Source of the DNA: Selaginella moellendorffii
Lineage: Eukaryota; Plantae; Lycopodiophyta
Length of the DNA: 64,000 bases
Reading direction: 5' to 3'
Assembly: GCF_000143415.4 (NCBI RefSeq)
Contig: NW_003314278.1
Location: 264,371-328,370, forward strand
A model generated the notes under the pieces. It was not told the DNA's origin. It saw only the letters and a list, made by a program, of their open reading frames with translations, and ran no database searches. Made by a program: the position numbers and the translations under genes. This document shows positions 13,747-23,624 of this stretch, piece by piece. Each line of letters starts with the position of its first letter. The stretch's first letter is position 1.

Positions 13747-15153
13747 ATGGTTCTTCGAGCAGTGCGCATTGTTTCGCATAGCATGACTACTTTCTCCAAG
13801 CTTGCTAACAAGTGGAGGGCTTTGCAAGGCGAAGCTCACTGGGCGGGCTTGCTGGATCCTCTGGACGAGGAGCTCGCGGTGGAGCTCATCCGCTATGGCC
13901 AGTTCGTCGACGCAGTATACAGCTCCTTCAACAGTAATCCTCGTTCCAAAGTCCTGGGCTACAGCCGCTACAGCAAGTCGCAGCTCCTCGACAAAGTCCA
14001 CGTCGCGCCTGGATACAAGATCCACAAGTTCCTCTACTGCACCACTCTGCTCGAGAGCCTGGTCGGGAAGGTCGTGGAGGCTGTCGTCGACTTCACTGGC
14101 CCCGCAACCAGCTGGTTTGGATTCGTGGCCGTGTCGGACGACGAGGAGACCCGCAGGATCGGGAGGAGAGACATCGTGATCGTGTTCCGGGGGACGCAGC
14201 AAGACATCGAATGGGCCAGCAACCTCCTCAACTTCTTCCAGGCAAACATGACGAGCAAGCCGACCAGCTTCTTCGACACCATGTCCGGTCTCCCTCCGCT
14301 GAACGCCACCCCGGAAGAGATCGCAACAGCCGCCGCCACTCCAGCACAGGCAGAGCAGCCGCCGGCTCGCAAAGGCTTCGGCCTTCTCGGTGGAATCGCT
14401 GGAGGAGTCATCACGGCGGTGCGCGACGTCCACTCCAGCCTCCCGTGGAACAAGATCACGATTGGCAACCGGTGGGTGGTTCCTTACACGAGCATCAATG
14501 CGGCGGACGCGACTGGGCTGGGAAAGCTCTCGGCCAGGCAGCAAGTCATGGAAGCGGTGTGCAAGCTCATCGATCTCTACAAGGACGACGAGCTGAGCAT
14601 CACTGTGACGGGACACAGCCTGGGAGCGGCCATAGCCACCGTGTGCGCCTACGACATCGCCAACGAGAAGAAGAACAGGAATCCTCTGAGCGGCGCCACC
14701 ATCCCAGTGACCGCGTTCCCTTTCGCGTCGCCGCGGGTGGGCAACTTGGAGTTCCGCGCAGCGGTGAAGAACGTAGAGGGTCTCAGGATCCTGCGTATCG
14801 GCAACCTTCCCGACGTTGTCACGCTGGTGCCTCCCATTCTCTGGGGATACGTCCACACCGACGACGAGCTATCGCTCAACACACCGGACTCGCCATATCT
14901 CAGCTTCCCGACCTTGGCGCTCGGCCAGTTCCACGATCTCCAGGTCTACTTCCATCTCATCGACTACAAGTTTGATCCGGCGCTCAAGCACCACCAGCTG
15001 GAGCTCGTGAACAAATTCTCCAACGCTCTCAGGAACCCGACTGTGCCAGATAGCTGGTGGGTGGTGGAGAACAACGATGTGATCCGAGACGAGAATGGAA
15101 AGTGGGTGCTCAAGAGCTACAAAGTCACTGCCGACGCAGAAGAGTTTAACTAG
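13747..15153 (+). CDS. Phospholipase A1 (DAD1-like, lipase class 3), intronless
   Basis: WAGLLDPLD, GRRDIVIVFRGT, ITVTGHSLGAA (catalytic Ser), FASPRVGN, DVVTLVP, HDLQVY. Confidence 0.93.
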   Translation: MVLRAVRIVSHSMTTFSKLANKWRALQGEAHWAGLLDPLDEELAVELIRYGQFVDAVYSSFNSNPRSKVLGYSRYSKSQLLDKVHVAPGYKIHKFLYCTTLLESLVGKVVEAVVDFTGPATSWFGFVAVSDDEETRRIGRRDIVIVFRGTQQDIEWASNLLNFFQANMTSKPTSFFDTMSGLPPLNATPEEIATAAATPAQAEQPPARKGFGLLGGIAGGVITAVRDVHSSLPWNKITIGNRWVVPYTSINAADATGLGKLSARQQVMEAVCKLIDLYKDDELSITVTGHSLGAAIATVCAYDIANEKKNRNPLSGATIPVTAFPFASPRVGNLEFRAAVKNVEGLRILRIGNLPDVVTLVPPILWGYVHTDDELSLNTPDSPYLSFPTLALGQFHDLQVYFHLIDYKFDPALKHHQLELVNKFSNALRNPTVPDSWWVVENNDVIRDENGKWVLKSYKVTADAEEFN

Positions 15154-15321
15154 CAAGAGCGTAAGTGTGTGTGTGCGAATAATGGCGCGAAGGAGACCCT
15201 AAATTAGCATGTTTGAGCAGAGGGAATATTCCTGCGTTCAAATAAGACGCAGCTCTAAATTCTATTTGAATATTTTTGCGTTTGAATAAGATGCTTCGTC
15301 CTCCTCTGTTAACCCTAAATT

Positions 15322-16587
15322 CTACCATATTCTATGCGCGAATTCTGGGTGGTCCACGAAAGGATTCCGGTTGTGCTGGTACCTTTGGCAGATTTTTGAG
15401 TTACGGATTTCTTCGCTGGGCGATGGAGGGTCTGCATCATTCCAGCGCAAAAGCATTGAAAGGACTCCCATTTCGGCATTTGCTGGCCAGCAAGGAAACG
15501 AAAGTGAAATTCCGAACACAGCCAAGGAATCCTTTTTACCTATGCTCGGAGTGTTCGAGAGGCGTAGAGAGGGAAAGTAGCGCACTGCCATATACATCAC
15601 AGATCGGGCGATGTCTCCTCTGACCTATAGTGAGAGTTATTTTGTTTCTATCGCAAGGACCACAAGGACAAAACCAAGGAGTTTGCGGGCTACCTCTTTG
15701 GGGGGACGCCACGATTTCTTATCGGTGGCGGTGTCTGCTCCAGCCTCGCGATTTGCTGGGACGAGACAATCGCCCACGCTCTCCACAGTGCAATCGCCAA
15801 AGTATTTGTTTCTTCTGGACGAATTCACTGCGCGATCACTGCGATCATTGGAAAAACAAACTTCTCAAATGGAAAGAAGAAGTTTAGAGACCATTGGTGT
15901 CGGCTGGCCTTAAGTTGTGTAAGTCTGTAAACTCCGGCTGGCCTTGCTTGAGCCCATAAGAACGTGGCCACAAATGTTCTCCTGGAAAAAGAATTCATAG
16001 TGTCAACACCTCTGGAGATTTGATTGCGCAGACTTAGCTGTTCCAGCCATCGATCTTCCCTGCTAGTTCTTTTGGAGCACTTCTTTGGCTGTAAATCTCG
16101 ATTCTAGTCAAAACACTGTGAGAATCTTAAGTAAAATGATGCAAGCCTTACATGTCATCTGGCGAGCTTGGATCTTCATCTAGAAATTTTAGAGCCTCCC
16201 ATACCTGCTTATCTTGTAAGTTTTTTCTTACAAAACCAATCTCCAGTTTAAAGTTCTCACCTGGACATAAGAGATTGAATCATGTCCCTCCTGGACAATG
16301 TGGTGGAGTTTGAGCTCCAGCGCAGTACCCGTGAGAGCTTGAGTTCCTTCATAGTAGCTCTCACTCTCGCAACTCGTGGTGGTTGCCAGCGCTAGCCCAT
16401 GATGCTGGGATTTAATCCCCACACAAGCAAAGCCTACCACAAGCGCGCCAAGCACCGTGCGCTTCCATGGCCATGGCTGCCTCCCTACAAGCTCTAGCGA
16501 GGAGACATTCTTCTCACTGTCAAGGGAGCCCTCGTTTCTCCTCCCAGGAAATTTTCCAGGGCACACATTCATAAGCGCAATAGCCAT
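15322..16587 (-). CDS. Endonuclease I / extracellular-ribonuclease (Bsn-like) family protein, multi-exon
   Basis: Exons read EHLWPRSYGL..FTDLHNLRPAD, NSSRRNKYFGDC, MMYMAVRY and QHNRNPFVDHPE. The start codon is inferred. Confidence 0.85.
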
Positions 16588-16773
16588 TGGGGGGGCAGTA
16601 GAATATCCCACCGAATAAACCTCACAGCCAGACACATAAGCCCTAATTGGGCACACAATGTAACACATCAGCTCATGTTTAGGGCTTCCGTGTCCAATTA
16701 GGGCTAACGTGTCAAGCACTAACGTTCAAATTTTAAAAAAATAAAGCATATTCTGTCAGCGTTCTTCGTGCGA

Positions 16774-17403
16774 TCAGCTCTTGTTCTTGAGCTGGGCGAG
16801 CCTCCGGCAGAGCTCATCCTCGGACACACCAGATCGCGGCGGCGGCGCGGCCACGGCCACCCGATGGATGCCCGGCTGCGGCATCTGCGCGCCCACCTCG
16901 AGGCCGTGCGCATCCGCGACCTGGAGCATGAGCCCACTGACGCTCTCCTCGGGCGTGGCCAGGGACGTGCTCCCGGCCATGGCGCCCTCCACGAACGCCG
17001 CCTGGACCTCGACGCCCACGAAGGCGCGCTCGAACGCGTCCATGGTGCGCGACACCTTCTGCATGTTGCCCACCGCCAGCGCGCCGTGGAGGGAGGCGAC
17101 GATGCCCGCCAGCGCGCCGCACACGCCCTGGCTGGTGGCCTGCGACGCCAGGCGCGCCACCACCGCGTCCAGCCGCGACGCCAGGCGGAGGTAGTTGAGC
17201 TGCTCGGCGTGCTTGCGGATGGCGTTCTGGGCGTAGACGCGCGCGCCGTCGGCGTTGCCCTTCTCCATGGCCTTTTTGATCTTGAGCTTCTCCTTGGCCT
17301 CCTCGGCCTCGCACTTCTTGGCCTGCCGGACCAGCCCCTTGGATGTGAGCTTGAGATGGAATACCTGTTCCATGAGCTTCTTCTTGTCGCCGCCGCCGCC
17401 CAT
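16774..17403 (-). CDS. CHMP1: ESCRT-III-associated CHMP1/VPS46, intronless CDS
   Basis: [67 protein letters not shown]-terminal [14 protein letters not shown]. Confidence 0.92.
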   Translation of the reverse strand: MGGGGDKKKLMEQVFHLKLTSKGLVRQAKKCEAEEAKEKLKIKKAMEKGNADGARVYAQNAIRKHAEQLNYLRLASRLDAVVARLASQATSQGVCGALAGIVASLHGALAVGNMQKVSRTMDAFERAFVGVEVQAAFVEGAMAGSTSLATPEESVSGLMLQVADAHGLEVGAQMPQPGIHRVAVAAPPPRSGVSEDELCRRLAQLKNKS

Positions 17404-17529
17404 CTCTCTCCTTCGATCGCTCGCTCGCTCGCTGAACGAATGGATTCCACCCGCGAAGAACACTATAGCCCAACGGTAAGTTGGGTATATTCCACGTACG
17501 ATATCTGTACGGGGTGGCGTGTCTTCTCG

Positions 17530-18070
17530 GCGCTGAAAAACACAAGAAAAACACGTCAGGAACACCACTAAACTTTGCAAGAGAGTTACTGATCGCCTCC
17601 AGAGTCTTTGCACAGACTCTAGGCAATACAGACGCGAGAAGTTCATCGAGCTTTGCTGAAAAGACAAAGAAACACACTGTCCGGAACACCACTAAACTTT
17701 GCAAGAGACTTACCGATCGCCTCGAGAGTCTTTGAACACTCTCGGCAATCAAAGATCCTGTTCATCTTATGTACGTCGCTAGAAGTGCATCGGGCTTTGC
17801 TGGAAAACAAAAAGAAAAGTATGAAACACTGTCTGGAACAGCACTCAACTCTGCAAGAGACTTACCGCTCACCTCGAGAGTCTTTGAATAATCTCTCGAC
17901 AATTCAAAGGTCATGCTGATCTTTTGTGCGTCGCCAGAAGTGCATCGAGCTTTGCTGGAAAATAGAAAAGAAAAACACTGTCAAGAACAGCACTAAACTT
18001 TGCAAGAGACTTACTGATCACCTCGAGAATCTTTGAACACTCTCTCGGCAGTAAAAAGGTCATGTTGATC
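17530..18070. repeat. Degenerate tandem repeat, 4 units of about 124-152 bp
   Basis: Core AACA(C/G)CACTAAACTTTGCAAGAGA(C/G)TTAC recurs at ~17561, 17685, 17837 and 17986, with similar flanks. Confidence 0.88.
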
Positions 18071-18263
18071 GCGAGAAATTAATCCATTCCACGCGAGCTT
18101 GCAGAAATCCAGGAAGCTCGCTCCCGAATGAGAGCGATCCTGCCAGATGCTCTAGCGAGGCATTTTGAAAAGACTTCGGCTATGATAGTATCAGGCCTTA
18201 CAAGGAAAAGAAGATTTTCATCAGCCATAGGACAAAGACACTATTGACAGACCAGTACCTTCG

Positions 18264-21200
18264 TCATGGAAATTCACCATACGTCGCTGCGAAAAACGGC
18301 ATTTCATACCTCTCCCGAAACTCCTCCTTCTTGGCGTCCATGACTTTGATCAAGTCCATGTAAGTCTGGTTGCTTCCATTCTTCCTGCCTGTATCGAAGC
18401 CGAACTTGATGAGCAGTCTAGCCAAGCTCCCGTTTCCTACGTCCAACGCGGCGTCCATACAAGAGTCGTTCGCTTTTGCGCCAGCTCTCAGCAGCATCTG
18501 AGCTATCTCTTCATGCTCCCACAGAACTGCCTGGTACAAAGGTGACACTCCATCCTCTTCTTCGAAATCCGGTGATACTTTCTTTCCCAATAACATCTCC
18601 ACCATCGTTTCGTCTCCAAGCTGTGCCGCGATCGATAGCAGCTTTTGAGATGTTTCCATCCAAGAGTCTGGAGAAATCCTATGGAACTTGCCCAGTATCC
18701 ATTCCGTGTTCATGTTCCTGCCCGTGGTCCACTCGTTGAGCACGTCCCAGTATTCGTAGTCGAACATCCTCCGGAACTTCAACTCTGGAAGTTCCCCACC
18801 GTCAGTAACAAGCTCGCTGCTGGACTCTACTTCATCTTCCTCGAGCTCTTCCATCACTTGTAAGCGGGATTTCTCATCTTCTGGTACCTGTAAATCGTCC
18901 TTGGCAACTTTTTCTTCGCTGCTGGGAATTCCATCAAACTTTGTTTGCTCTTCTTTCCCCTGACCGAGCTGCAAGTCATCTTCCTGTAGCTGTTGTTTGT
19001 TCTCTAGAACTTGTTCCTCAGTTTCACGAAAACCGCCAAGCATCTCCTTGAGAGTTTTCTCTGCTTCGCCAACCCGTTTACGTCTGTCCATGAGCACTGT
19101 CAGAAAGTCCATGACTTCCAAGTTTCCCTGCTTTGAAGCAAGATGGATCAAGTCCAATGTAGCCAAGTATCCCAGCTTATCCAACGCATAGGCCACCATT
19201 TCCCTGCTTCCGTACCCAATCAAGTTCCTCCACAAGTCCCTGGGAGTTTCTTTGATCGACACGATCGTCTCAAAAACTTCCGCATTTCCCTCTCTGGAAC
19301 ACCCGAAGCTGAAGGGATCCAATCCACGTCGACTTGATTCTGCCAAGTGCTTCTTCAGTTCGAGCAGGCGATCACCTTCAATCTTGAGATACGCAAGACG
19401 GCTGCTATAGTGGTTTCGGAAAAGCTGAGCGGCCTTTCCTTCAAGCCCAACCGCAGTGCCTGTAGTCCTCAACGAGCTGCTTACCTCGGAAAGAACTGCG
19501 ATCACATTTAAGCTCACGCTCTCTGCAGCCGCCCCTAGCAGGTTGTCCAAAAAATCAGAGCTCGTGAGTTCGTCCTCCTGGCCCAACGAGTTCGCTCCTT
19601 GTTCCAGCAAGAAAAACACCGCGTCTATCTTGTCACCAGCGACTGCGTAGTATAGTGGAGTCCGTCCCGCGATTTCGTCGTTCACGTAGTCCCTTCTCCT
19701 GCTAAGTTTAGCACTGTCTAGCACGATCCTCATCATCTCTGTTTTGCCTTGGTACGAAAGCTTGTGCAGCGGTTTCAGCGGCCACCTCCGGTGCCAAGTA
19801 TTATAGTCCATCTTGAAGTCGTGAAGAAGAACTCGTAGCACTTCGGCACTGTCCGCCTCGCAAGCCTCGTGAAGTAGCCATTCGTCTTGTTTAGCGATCT
19901 CCCTCCACCGAGAGGACAGAACCTTCAGTGCTTTAGGACTCCCGGCTTGCACGCAGCGACGACATAAACGAGGAACCTCTTCGTCCAGCTTGATCTTACC
20001 AATAGACCACCTCCGCCTGACGATGTTTTCTACGCCTTCCCCGTAATCCATGTCGCAGAACAAATCCACCAGCGTGTTTGCCTTCGTGTCCACCACCATG
20101 TTATCCGCTGGTTGAAGGAAAACGGCATCCGGAACTCCAGGAAACTTTGCTTTGAAAGCCGGAAGCACTGCTGTGTACGCCTCTGTAGATGCAAGCTCGG
20201 AAGGATCCCGAAGAAAATCCTCGTTAAAGCTGCAGCCGACGTTGCAAAGCTCATCGTAGGCCGCTTGGACCTCGGCGAGACACTGCTGCAACGAGATCCT
20301 CTCGTCGCGATCTGACATGCAGCAGCCTTCTACCACTTGGAAAAGCTTCGTAAAAACTGGCTCAAAAGCTTCCATACCGGGTGGCACTTCCAGAGTCACG
20401 GGAAATCCTCCACAAATTTTCTCTTCGATGAAGCCCGATGAAAGCTCTTCCGGTACCTCCCCGTCGAGAAACATCTCAACCAAGACCATGCCGAGAGAGT
20501 AAAAGTCGGAGGGATAAGGATTCCGCATCACTTCCTGCAGCATCTCCTGCTCGTCTTGATCGCAAAGCTCGGGACTGACCCAAAACGGTGAACCACCTAT
20601 CGTCTCCTTCAGGTAAGCTATGTCTCGTTTCCGGAAACTGAAGCCGAAGTCTATCAACTTTGGAACCCGAGACTCGTCCACCACGAGCACATTGCTGCCT
20701 TTCAAGTCTCCGTGGTAGACACCATTCTGATGGCAAACCGATAGCCCAATAACGAGCTCCATGAACAGCTCTAGCTTCGTTTTCCACCAAGCTGCGTCTG
20801 GAACCGGAGGATGGTGTGCCTTGAGAAACGCATCCAGCTGCGAGCCTTGAACAAGCTCCATGACGAGACAGACGCATTCCAGCTCCTTGCTGTAAGCAAC
20901 CCCGTAGACAGTCACCACATTTCTTGCCCCTTGGACAACTCTCATGTTGATTCCTTCCCTGGTCATCTCCAAAACCTCGTCGTCGTTCTCCGGCTCCCGG
21001 ATCTTCTTGACAGCAACAAGAACTCTCTCGGACAGCTTGGAGAAATCCGGGGCTTCATCCGTCTTCTGGCCGTAGTAAGGCAAATACCGGCCTCTTTCCA
21101 GTCTCTCCGGGATCTGAAAACCAGTTGCCACTGTCCCTTTGAAGATGCTTCCATACCCCCCAGCTGCAAACTCGATTGCATCCGCCTCTAGTTGCAAAGT

Positions 21201-21314
21201 GTTGAGATAAAACGCTTGCAGGCTGCTGCTGCTCATGCTGTGAACTGACTTCTCCGCAGTGTCCCGACGACCACCCCATCGAGCACGCTCGTATCTTGTT
21301 CTAGCCAGCGCCAT
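18264..21314 (-). CDS. Intronless protein kinase + ankyrin-repeat protein (1016 aa)
   Basis: GGYGSIFKG, VAVKK, HGDLKGSN, DFG, GSPFWVSPE, DFYSLG; ankyrin repeats GRTPLYYAV, IHLASKQGN, GVSPLYQAV; acidic linker. Alternative start at 21237. Confidence 0.88.
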   Translation of the reverse strand: MALARTRYERARWGGRRDTAEKSVHSMSSSSLQAFYLNTLQLEADAIEFAAGGYGSIFKGTVATGFQIPERLERGRYLPYYGQKTDEAPDFSKLSERVLVAVKKIREPENDDEVLEMTREGINMRVVQGARNVVTVYGVAYSKELECVCLVMELVQGSQLDAFLKAHHPPVPDAAWWKTKLELFMELVIGLSVCHQNGVYHGDLKGSNVLVVDESRVPKLIDFGFSFRKRDIAYLKETIGGSPFWVSPELCDQDEQEMLQEVMRNPYPSDFYSLGMVLVEMFLDGEVPEELSSGFIEEKICGGFPVTLEVPPGMEAFEPVFTKLFQVVEGCCMSDRDERISLQQCLAEVQAAYDELCNVGCSFNEDFLRDPSELASTEAYTAVLPAFKAKFPGVPDAVFLQPADNMVVDTKANTLVDLFCDMDYGEGVENIVRRRWSIGKIKLDEEVPRLCRRCVQAGSPKALKVLSSRWREIAKQDEWLLHEACEADSAEVLRVLLHDFKMDYNTWHRRWPLKPLHKLSYQGKTEMMRIVLDSAKLSRRRDYVNDEIAGRTPLYYAVAGDKIDAVFFLLEQGANSLGQEDELTSSDFLDNLLGAAAESVSLNVIAVLSEVSSSLRTTGTAVGLEGKAAQLFRNHYSSRLAYLKIEGDRLLELKKHLAESSRRGLDPFSFGCSREGNAEVFETIVSIKETPRDLWRNLIGYGSREMVAYALDKLGYLATLDLIHLASKQGNLEVMDFLTVLMDRRKRVGEAEKTLKEMLGGFRETEEQVLENKQQLQEDDLQLGQGKEEQTKFDGIPSSEEKVAKDDLQVPEDEKSRLQVMEELEEDEVESSSELVTDGGELPELKFRRMFDYEYWDVLNEWTTGRNMNTEWILGKFHRISPDSWMETSQKLLSIAAQLGDETMVEMLLGKKVSPDFEEEDGVSPLYQAVLWEHEEIAQMLLRAGAKANDSCMDAALDVGNGSLARLLIKFGFDTGRKNGSNQTYMDLIKVMDAKKEEFRERYEMPFFAATYGEFP

Positions 21315-21387
21315 CGCCAGAGGTCAACTGAGAAAGCCTGACTTTGCAGTATCCTATTCCCACAAACTCACTCGTACGGACATCACT

Positions 21388-22937
21388 TTAGCCAGCGTTC
21401 TTGCCGAGCTTTCCGAATTTGATCGCCTGGACAAGCCTCTCCAAGTTTCGGTGCGACGATCCGCCCGGGCTGACAGCGGTTTTCACAATGGCTGAGAACC
21501 CTCTGGCTCTTTTCTTGATCTCGCGCCCCTCGCCTTCGCAAAACAGCTTTTTGATGACTCTTGCCACTTCCTCATCGCTCACAAGCTGCTGCTTTGCGTC
21601 GTCGGCCCTGAATCTCAGCCCAATCTTCCAGTCTTCCGCAATTCTCTTGCAGTTCATCGTCTGCTCGGCGACGCAGGGCCAGCCGAGTATCGGTACTCCC
21701 ATCGCCATGCTCTCCAGTACCGAGTTCCATCCGCAATGTGATAGGTGGCCACCTAGTGCCCGGTGCTGGAGAACTTTCACTTGCGGAGCCCATTCAACGA
21801 TCAGTCCCTGCCCCTGTGCCTTGGTCGATTCCATAAAGTCCTGGAAGGATCTCTCTGAGTAGTCGGAGTCCGGAACCAGCAAGTTTTTTCTCATTGCCCA
21901 GAGAAAAGGCTGCCTTGTGTCCCCCAGCCCTTTCACAATGCTTCTCATCTGAGCACCTGCAATGCTGGCTATACTTCCGAAAGAAATGTAGAGAACCGAG
22001 CCTGGCTTTTGAGAGTCAAGCCACTTCAAGCATGCCTCGTCTTCGCTCCACAGACTCTTCCTGCCCTCTGTGTCTTCTACCAGGAGTGGCCCGACTGTCA
22101 CGTAGTTCTGCGTTCCAAGCTCTCGCCTCATGGACTCAACTCCAGCGCTCTCTAGCTCTTCAAAGGAGTTGACGAGCACCCACGATGCATGTTTCAGAGC
22201 TTGAATCTTGCGAATCCTGTTTGCAAAGCCGGGATCTTCCCCAGAGTCGTAGCGAAGAACGGTTGGAAGGTCCCGGGCATAAATTGGCTCGAGCCCAGGA
22301 ACGCAAGTCACAAGGTTGTCGAGAAAACCAACAGAAGAAGGATCTGTTTAGGAGAGCGTCAGATATGCATAACAATGCGGTCATTTCTTACCTTTTACTC
22401 CAAGATAGCCTTTCTCAACAAGCAGTGGAAGATGATAATTCACAAGGGAGTAAGCAACGTTGGACGTCCACAGTGCAACCCTGGGGACCCCAAATCTGTT
22501 CGCGACGGCTTGAGCCCATCCAAGATAAGCGTCCGAAATCACACAGCTAACACCGTCCAGTTTCCAGAGAAGTTCCTCAAAGGGCTTCGCCATCTCGTCG
22601 GAGGCAACCAGGGACGCATTGAGGGACTCGTTGAAACCTCCGTCGAAGGCTTTCGCTGCAACGCCGTCGGAGATGCCCATGAAAGTTATAACTCCGGAAG
22701 AATGCTCCTGGGGAGAGAAAGAGGAAAAGAAAACTTAAGCAGCTCAAGAACATCAACAGTTCCAAGTACCTTAGACACGACTTCTCTGGATCCCACAAGT
22801 CGCTCGTGATTTCTGAAAGTGTTGACAAAAGTGATGTCAATACCAGCAGCAGCCAGTTGATACGAGAGCTGAAGAAGCGGGCTTATATGGCCTTGCATAG
22901 GAAATGGCACAGCCACAACCCGAGGCCTTTCCACCAT
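21388..22937 (-). CDS. UDP-glycosyltransferase (GT1), 3 exons
   Basis: PFPMQGHISP, SCVISD, PSPG box WAPQVKVLQH..HCGWNSVLES..WPCVAEQ. Confidence 0.93.
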
Positions 22938-23133
22938 AGCGTTTACTTGAGCGCAAAGGAACCTACAAGCAAAGAAAATGTGACCCCCTTTTACCTTCTA
23001 GTCTACAGTACTCGTTAGACGACAAAGAGAAAAAAATCCAAGCTAATGTATTCCTGGACTGCACATTACACACTGGTTTTCTTGGAAGAGTGCGTATTTA
23101 CACGCTATGTATATGTAAAACTCAAACCTTCCT

Positions 23134-23576
23134 TCACGAGGCAGTGTTTGCTCGCTCGCATTCGTCGATCCATTCGCTATAGCTGGAAAAATCTCAAAAG
23201 AGTGAGAAAGATCGAGGGCTAGAAGCGCTAGATTAAGAAACTTACACATCGATTGGCTCGCTCAAAGCTAGAATGCAAACGAAAGATCCAGTCAGTCAGG
23301 TTTTGGGAATCGAAAAGAAAAAGAGGACACTGACCGTCAATTTGAGTGGAGTACTTCTCCTGGCAAATCCTGCACGACGCTTCGCCCACGGCATTCTTTC
23401 GATCCCTGCGAGAGGAAAGAGATGAGGGAGCGCTTCTAAAAACCCTAATGCGGCACTTACATGCGGCACTCGACGCTGCTCTCGTGATTGCAGAACGGGC
23501 AGCTAAACACCGATGGCAGCTTCTCCTGCATCTTTCTGCTGGGCTGCGGCTTCTTGGCGGATTTGCGCTTGCCCAT
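23134..23576 (-). CDS. ELF1: Transcription elongation factor Elf1/ELOF1 homolog, 4 small exons (absent from the ORF track)
   Basis: Spliced translation MGKRKSAKKPQPSRKMQEKLPSVFSCPFCNHESSVECRM-DRKNAVGEASCRICQEKYSTQID-ALSEPIDV-YSEWIDECERANTAS*; C4 zinc ribbon. Confidence 0.93.
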
Positions 23577-23624
23577 TTCCTCCAAGAACCCTAAATTTTG
23601 ATTTAGGGTTTATCAAGGATCAGA
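23577..23624. promoter_or_regulatory. 48-bp spacer between divergent start codons containing inverted telo-boxes
   Basis: AACCCTAAAT (23587-23596), TTTG, ATTTAGGGTT (23601-23610): a perfect 10-bp inverted repeat of the telo-box core. Confidence 0.7.

Noticed and set aside
16774-17667. 297-aa extended CHMP1
   Set aside because: The extension runs through the tandem repeat from a non-ATG start; the conserved protein begins at 17403.
17530-18070. CRISPR-like array
   Set aside because: Whole units are homologous with no unique spacers, the context is eukaryotic, and there are no cas genes.
23346-23594. + strand ORF as a longer IND1 transit-peptide exon
   Set aside because: It is the antisense of ELF1 exons 1-2, and no convincing donor links it to IND1.
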